Positions 57,894 to 64,000 of a DNA stretch of 64,000 nt are shown here, in pieces. The stretch covers positions 45,942,001 through 46,006,000 of the forward strand of contig OZ024745.1 in NCBI GenBank assembly GCA_964016885.1, read 5' to 3'. Numbering within the stretch: the first letter of the stretch is position 1; each line of letters begins with the position of its first letter. The translations under genes were made by a program, and so were the position numbers. The DNA is from Eledone cirrhosa. Taxonomy: Eukaryota. The notes beneath the pieces are model-generated. The model worked only from the letters and a program-made list of their open reading frames with translations, had not been told where the DNA came from and searched no databases.

Positions 57894-59006
57894 CTAGCAG
57901 ATTTACCCGGCGGCGTTGCTCGGGGTTTGAAATTAAGCTAAGAATACACAGCTAGTAAGTAAAAGAACATTATTTGTCCCCAACCTGTCAAAATAAGCAG
58001 AAGTCTTCAATAATTAATGCAAACGAATATTTAGTGCAATCTTTGTACACATAAAACTATGTTGATAATGAAGGAAAACACTGAACAGGATGTAGTTATA
58101 CAAATGATTAAAGACAATACACGTTGCAAATCTGTAAAAAAAACAGGCAGTTTTGCTAAAGTACAAAAAGTTGTAATAAAAGCAGAGTTGTATACAAACA
58201 AAAAAAACAATGAGAGTAGAATAAGAGAAAATCTATTCTTTGAGAGCATCCTTTGCTGTGTATGGTTAAATTTTGAACTTATAATCCAAAATATCCTGCA
58301 TGACATATTCATTGGTATGTTTTGTAATGAGTAAGGTGAAGTCAAGGCAGAGCTGTAATAAGTGTTTTTGTTAACACTAAAGCACTTAAGGATAGACGAT
58401 ATTCTTTGTTTTTCTTTTCGGAACAAACGCAAAGAGATTATCTCGACTTCCAACTCGTAGAATTGTCCGTGCGAAAAGCAAGGTTCATCCAAGTGAATTC
58501 CAGTGACAGACAGAGTTTGACCTTGCGACTTGTTTATGGACATCGCAAAGGCAACACGAAGGGGAAATTGGGTTCGGCGAAAGGAGTGTCCACGCCTGAT
58601 GTAGTCAGGATAATTTTTGTTATTATCACATCCTCGCCTTTTCCACATCCGGATAGAATGGTAGCGTCAATACTAAGTGGAGACAGTTTTTTAACCACAA
58701 GGCGTGTACCATTGCATAGTTTGGGAGGAGTGATATTTCTCAGCAAAATAACTGGCGTTCCCTCTTTCAGAACCAATGTATTAGGAGGTAAACCAGGAGG
58801 ATTTAAAGAATTTAGAAATTCAACTGGATAGTTGACCGCATCCTTTGGATCACATACAGTATGTAAACTTTTGTGATGTGACCATCTTAGCGACCTGTGC
58901 AACGTGCACAGAAAATTTGGTCAAATTCGGTTGGTAATTGTAAAAGCCTTTGGTATCCAAAGTTTACACAGACACACACACATCCTCGCTTTTATATATA
59001 TAAAGA
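57894..59006 (-). mobile_element. Internally deleted Helitron with both termini
   Basis: minus: A|TC...; 3' GC-rich hairpin CCCGAGCAACGCCGCCGGG then CTAG|T; Pif1 helicase remnant inside. Confidence 0.9.
58380..58870 (-). pseudogene. Helitron Pif1-family helicase C-terminal fragment (frameshifted)
   Basis: YPVEFLNSLNPPGLPP..L.LKEGTPVILLRNITPPKLCNGTRL; [24 protein letters not shown]...PCFSHGQFY. Confidence 0.95.
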
Positions 59007-59059
59007 TATATATAATATAAAACGAAAAATCAGTGATGCACCTAAATTCAATTTATTGT

Positions 59060-59147
59060 GTGTTACAATTGTTTCGCCGACAGACAGCTCGAGACACGAT
59101 TATTGTATGGATCTGTCTGATTCTGGAGCTGCAGGTTCGTCGGACAC
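59060..59147 (-). ncRNA. Hammerhead with U4C core in the PLE terminal repeat
   Basis: minus: GTGT-CCGACGA-aCCtgCAG...CTGtcGGc-GAAA-CAATTG-TA-ACAC. Confidence 0.7.
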
Positions 59148-59373
59148 TTGCAATCATTTCGGATCAAATTTTCTCACTGGGGTGTTAACGTCAAAAAACA
59201 TCTTTCTCGCTTGTCCTGCTGTTGGGTGTTGTTTTTCTACGTCATCATAAATTCTGGCCAATAGTTGCTGTCACACTGGCCATCAGCTGTCCTTCCGCCT
59301 GACACACTTCAATGAATCCATGCTGGGTTTGGTATTTCACAAGTCCACTCGCGCACTCACGCACACATATACA

Positions 59374-59422
<49 letters not shown>

Positions 59423-60821
59423 TCACATACACACGCACACAACCATATAAATAACAACATACGCGTCCACAGACGCCTGCCTACATGCCCACGTACATCA
59501 CTTCTCACACACACACACGCACACGCACACGCATACATGCGCACACACGCACCCGCATACATGCGCACACACATGCATACGCGTATATCTACTCGTATAC
59601 ACAAACACGTACAGACATATACATAGACACGCACACGCACATACACACACGTGTCCGTATATACAGGCACAAAGACAGACTCGCTTCCAAACACACATAT
59701 ATATGTATATGTACACACACATAAATGTACACGCAAAAAAGCCCTTACCCTACAGTAGGTGCACGTACACACACACACACAGACACACACACACTGGCTC
59801 ATATACACTCAAACAAATACGCGCCTATTATCTACATGCCCACGTACATCTACAAAGATACATATATACAAAAATATATCTGTCTGTACTCAAATATGAT
59901 ATACTCACAGTCATATAAATCTACACAATGGGTCATACAGGGTCATACATGAAAGGATGCATCTTGTTATACACATGCACAAATATAAACAATGTAACCA
60001 AACACATACATCCATACACATACATGCATGTATACATACACACATATAAATAAATAAGTAAATAAAAAATAAATAAATGTATATATATATACACACATAC
60101 ATATATATACACACACACACACATATATATATACACACACACATACATACACATCTATAAAAAACCTACAATATACTAAAATATACATATAACGTCATAC
60201 ATTAAAAGATGTATCTTGTACTAAACATGCACACATATAAACAGTATAATCATATACATACATCCATCTACATTCACATAACATATACATATATATATAT
60301 ATCTGCATACACACACACATATATATATACATACGCATACATATATACACACATATAAAAAAATAAAAATAAATATACAATATATTAAAATATACATATA
60401 ACGTCACATAGAGATATATAAAAAAAAGAGAGAGAAGAAAGAAGAAGGGACGTGTATACGTATGATATAGTACATATGGTGAGTATGGGATGTACACTTG
60501 GGCCTGTATACGGAACAAATAATATGTGTTCCAAAATGCAACACGTGGAGAGTATGTATTCTCGATTGAAAAGGTGCACATGCATGGGGGTGCGTAGTCC
60601 GGCTATATTGGAGTGTGTCACTGTGGTTGAGGTATGTTGTCCTATAGGTGTAAGGTATTAGACTGAAAGAACGTGGAATCCGGGTCAACCTGTCCCGGCT
60701 CAGGCGATGTTCTTGCCTAGGGTGACGTGCAGAGTCGGGTATGCATCTTGGGTTATTTTGGTTTACCCCACGGGGCATATATTGTCGTCGCTCTGGTCGG
60801 CGCGTGCTCCACCGCATGCCC

Positions 60822-61160
60822 TTAGCCTGGGCTTCCCGGTGGATTCCATGCGGAGAGTGTGCACCTTCTCTGGTGTCTGCACGTCATGATTAATTCCGAT
60901 TTCAGGTTGACCGCATCATCCTTCAGTCTGACTATTTGCATGGCCTCGTATAGGCATAGGCTACACTTTCTACTTCCAGCCGAGTATGCATTCGCGTGCC
61001 GAACGATACTCCAGTCAAGGGCGTACGGGGTGCCTTTGTCTTTCAAGTCCCACGCCAGGTCCGCTAGCCTAGTGGAGTGCCTCTTACTGCGGTCGTTGAA
61101 GGAGTTCGTGTGGTTATACATCCGTGATTTAAAGGTCGTGGATGTTGCGCCGATGTAAGT
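60822..61160 (-). pseudogene. GIY-YIG endonuclease C-terminus of a PLE (Naiad-like motifs)
   Basis: YIGATSTTFKSRMYNHTNSF...STRL...WSIV...Y...CSLCLYEAMQI...VNLKSEL...CRH; the upstream part of the listed ORF is antisense terminal repeat. Confidence 0.85.
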
Positions 61161-61191
61161 GCACAGAAAATTTGATCCGAAATGATTGCAA

Positions 61192-61279
61192 GTGTACGAC
61201 GAACCTGCAGGTCCAGAATCAGACAGATCCATACAATGATCGTGTCTCGAGCTATCTGCCGGCGAAACAATTGTAACAC
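61192..61279 (+). ncRNA. Hammerhead in inverted PLE terminal repeat (C3 mutated)
   Basis: GTGT-ACGACGA-acctgcag...ctgccggc-GAAA-CAATTG-TA-ACAC. Confidence 0.55.
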
Positions 61280-61400
61280 AATAAATTGAGTTCAGATGCA
61301 TCACTGATTTTTCGTTTTATATTATATCACACTCTACTCTGTAAGAACATAGAGTGCTCAACCGGCATACCGCCTATGGAAGCATCATAGCTACCATCAG

Positions 61401-61432
<32 letters not shown>

Positions 61433-61493
61433 GTATATATATATAATAAAATAACAGGAGGCTGGACTGGTGTAATTCCTTAAAAGGTTTATT

Positions 61494-61551
61494 ATACTAT
61501 GATCATTTCAGTGACCGGGTTCAGTATGAATCCGGTGACATCATCAGGTAT
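61494..61551 (-). ncRNA. Type I hammerhead ribozyme (family E)
   Basis: minus: ATAC-CTGATGA-tGtcaccggattcatactgaacccggtcaCt-GAAA-TGATCA-TA-GTAT. Confidence 0.88.
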
Positions 61552-61607
61552 TCGAAATTTAACAAAGGAATATAATAGACAAAATCCACGGGGCTGAATA
61601 TCTGCAT

Positions 61608-61665
<58 letters not shown>

Positions 61666-61812
61666 TAAATCTACCACTCAATGGTAGGGTCTAAACCGTA
61701 TAAAGAACTCAATGTAATCCGTAATCCGTATGTAGAAGATGTCGTGAAGCAAAGTTTAAAATACAAAAATTTTATCAACGATATAATTCAATTGGATACA
61801 GAGTCAAAATAG

Positions 61813-62007
61813 AAATATTAAAACAATGAAATTAAACAAAAAACTGTTAATTCATAGTAAAACTCATTATTTTACGATCGTTTCTGGGGGGTAGTTCTCT
61901 GTATGTTTGAATGAACATACAGGGAACTACCCCCAGAAACGATCGTAAAATAATGAGTTTTACTATGAATTAACAGCTTTGTGTTTAATTTCATTGTTTT
62001 AATATTT
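61813..62007. mobile_element. About 195-bp palindrome made of two 3'-half hammerheads (family P)
   Basis: arms mirror about 61911; each carries GAAA-CGATCG-TA (61936-61947 on +). Confidence 0.75.
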
Positions 62008-62070
62008 ATATATATATATATATATATATTAAAAGAATATTTCGAGTCCCGGCCTTCTGTTGTCTTTTAA

Positions 62071-62146
<76 letters not shown>

Positions 62147-62166
62147 ATCTATGTTTAGTCTGAGGG

Positions 62167-62243
62167 GTCTCTTGAAAAGCGTTCGCCTCACCACTATAGA
62201 TGCACCGTAGCTGCACACCACTCGGTGAAACTACAGTCGAGAC
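62167..62243 (+). ncRNA. Type I hammerhead with U3-A8 compensatory core (family R, copy 1)
   Basis: GTCTC-TTGAAAA-gcg...cggt-GAAA-CTacAG-TC-GAGAC. Confidence 0.75.
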
Positions 62244-62594
62244 ATTGAAGTAAAATTAGGTCACTTTCTATTTATTTGCTCTTCCCACTTATCATTTTAT
62301 AAAGCTCCGACTAATAGATTTATTAAATTAATTAATTCATCGGACAAAACTGGTAATGTATGTTTGTACATATATATATATATATATATGTATCTTCTAT
62401 AATGTTGCCCTATACTCCCCCACGGTTGAGTAAAAAATTAGGCAGAAATAGACTGTTTCCTCTAGTTACTCTGTTCCTCACCAATACTTTACCCTTTACA
62501 ACTCTTCTGCATGACCATAAACCACGTGCTATTTTTCCCTTCAAAGATACTACTGGCATCGATCAATTCAAGGAATTCTTTCTTAGTCTGTGGG

Positions 62595-62672
62595 CTCTCT
62601 TGAAAAGCCGTTGGCCTCACGGCTATTGATGCAACATAACTGCACACCACTCGGCGAAACTGCTGTCAGGAT
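62595..62672 (+). ncRNA. Hammerhead with U3-A8 core (family R, copy 2, stem I decayed)
   Basis: ctctc-TTGAAAA-GCCG...CGGC-GAAA-CtgctG-TC. Confidence 0.6.
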
Positions 62673-62762
62673 ATTAAAGTAAAATTAGATAACTTTCTAT
62701 CTCTTTGCTCTTCCCATATAATTTTATGTATGTATGTATGTATGTATGTATGTATGTATGTA

Positions 62763-63050
62763 TATGACCATATGTCAGGTCACCAGTTGGTGCTTCTGGT
62801 AACATGTATCCCAGTACAACCTGTCTCATGGTCGGGTCGTTGGCGACTAAACTGGCAACCCCACCAAGGTTTCTTGGTGTGGAGGGTGACTTTGGACATC
62901 CTGCAGGACTAAAAACAAAACCTGTCAAAAGACAAAGGAGCTCTTAAGAGTCAATGGCCATCCAAAATCACCGGGAGAGATGACCCCTTAGCCTTTGTCA
63001 AGGCAGAATTCTAGGAGAAGGAAAACTCTGATATAACACCTGCAACCCTG
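62763..63050 (+). mobile_element. RTE-type 5' UTR-like sequence
   Basis: CTAGGAGAAGGAAAACTCTGAT motif recalled from RTE 5' UTRs; HDV-like pairing elements at the 5' end. Confidence 0.45.
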
Positions 63051-63383
63051 ATGGTATCCAATGATGTTGACTTGTTCTTCTTTTTGGTAAATATCATCTT
63101 GGTTAAGAGAGTGGGACTGGCTTTGTGCAGTGCCTTTGCTCACTATAAAAGCTTCACGGCACAGGCATTGCTTTATATCTGGAGATCTCTCTGCACTTGT
63201 TATCACATGGTACCATGGGCCCAGCACTATGTGTCAATAATTGTTACAAGTGTAGTGTTTGTACCAGACTTTTCAAGTCGCTGGCTGGACTAAAATGTCA
63301 CACTTGTTCAGCGCATCGGTTGGGGTTCTCCTACATGGATATAAAGTAGTGGCCGTACTCGAAAACGAGTTGGCAGCCACCAT

Positions 63384-64000
63384 ATGACCATAGGTAAGGG
63401 TTGGCACGAATATCGAATATCGAATGGAAGATAGCGACTTTAGCTTTTACATCTACTTTCCTTCTGATTACCGAATGCTGAAGCTGGCGCATTACTGCAC
63501 GAGCTCCTGCAATTCTTGCACTTGATTAAGCCTCCTGCCTTCTATTACTCGTGAATACGATCCCGAGGTACTTGAATCTCACCATCTGCTTCGGTTGAAC
63601 TCCATTCACTTGTAGAGTACACTGCGTAGGCTTCCTTGCAAGGACGAGTGTCTCAGTTTTTGCAGCACTGATTTTCATTCTAGCCATGGTCGGTTCTGCT
63701 GCATCTGAGGCGAAAATCAGACTGTTCATCAGCTACCTTGGACTCGACAACCTCCCTGCATCTCTTTACCAAACACTTAGACTTTACCGGAGTCTTTACA
63801 AAGAGATCCCTCTATACTTGGAACAATTTCTCTTGTCTCCCTTTTTGAAAATTGGGATTATACCGCATTGAATCTTGGGTAATGACCAAACGAATACGAT
63901 CACGAATACAAGCGGCCGAAATGGGGTTCCTCCGAAGTGTCTTTGGAGTAGCGTTACTCGATAGATTGCGTAGCTCCTAGATCAGAGAGTCACTTCAGAT
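63384..64000. mobile_element. RTE-clade LINE RT fragment with inverted 5' part; runs off the window
   Basis: minus 63384-63869: IIPIFKKGDKRNCSKYRGISL...MKISAAKTETLVL...FKYLGIVF...VPTLTYGH; plus from 63870: ESWVMTKRIRSRIQAAEMGFLRSV. Confidence 0.85.

Larger units (their letters stand above)
59012..61401 (-). mobile_element. 5'-truncated, 5'-inverted Penelope-like element
   Basis: terminal repeat 59012-59174 is present inverted at 61166-61328; GIY-YIG C-terminus and a long microsatellite-rich 3' UTR lie between. Confidence 0.85.

Noticed and set aside
59180-60821. SECIS element / selenoprotein, as reported for some Naiad PLEs
   Set aside because: There is no in-frame TGA in the visible GIY-YIG fragment and no convincing AUGA/AA/GA quartet hairpin.

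Overview
AT-rich animal genomic DNA saturated with microsatellites. The SINE and microsatellite landscape suggests an octopus/coleoid cephalopod, which is an inference. No host protein-coding gene can be supported, and almost all ORFs in the track are simple-repeat artefacts. Recognisable elements: a nearly full-length but disabled L1/Tx1-clade LINE (about 50681-56510) with a 5'-truncated sister copy directly upstream, both bounded by (TATC)n; an R4/Dong-type RLE LINE fragment in (CATA)n; a 1.1 kb Helitron with both ends; a 5'-inverted Penelope-like element (PLE) with a GIY-YIG remnant; an inverted RTE fragment; a Tc1/mariner remnant; MITEs/foldback elements; and two tRNA-derived SINE families. 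Main discovery: many of the short unique-looking islands between (TA)n tracts carry type I hammerhead ribozymes. I read about 22 complete or near-complete motifs from about 12 sequence families, roughly one per 3 kb. They show palindromic stem III, a compensatory stem II change, non-canonical cores (U3-A8, U4C, U4A), 420-430 nt tandem monomers (retrozyme-like), and fold-back junctions that repeatedly fall at the ribozyme. All folds were assigned by eye; no activity is demonstrated.
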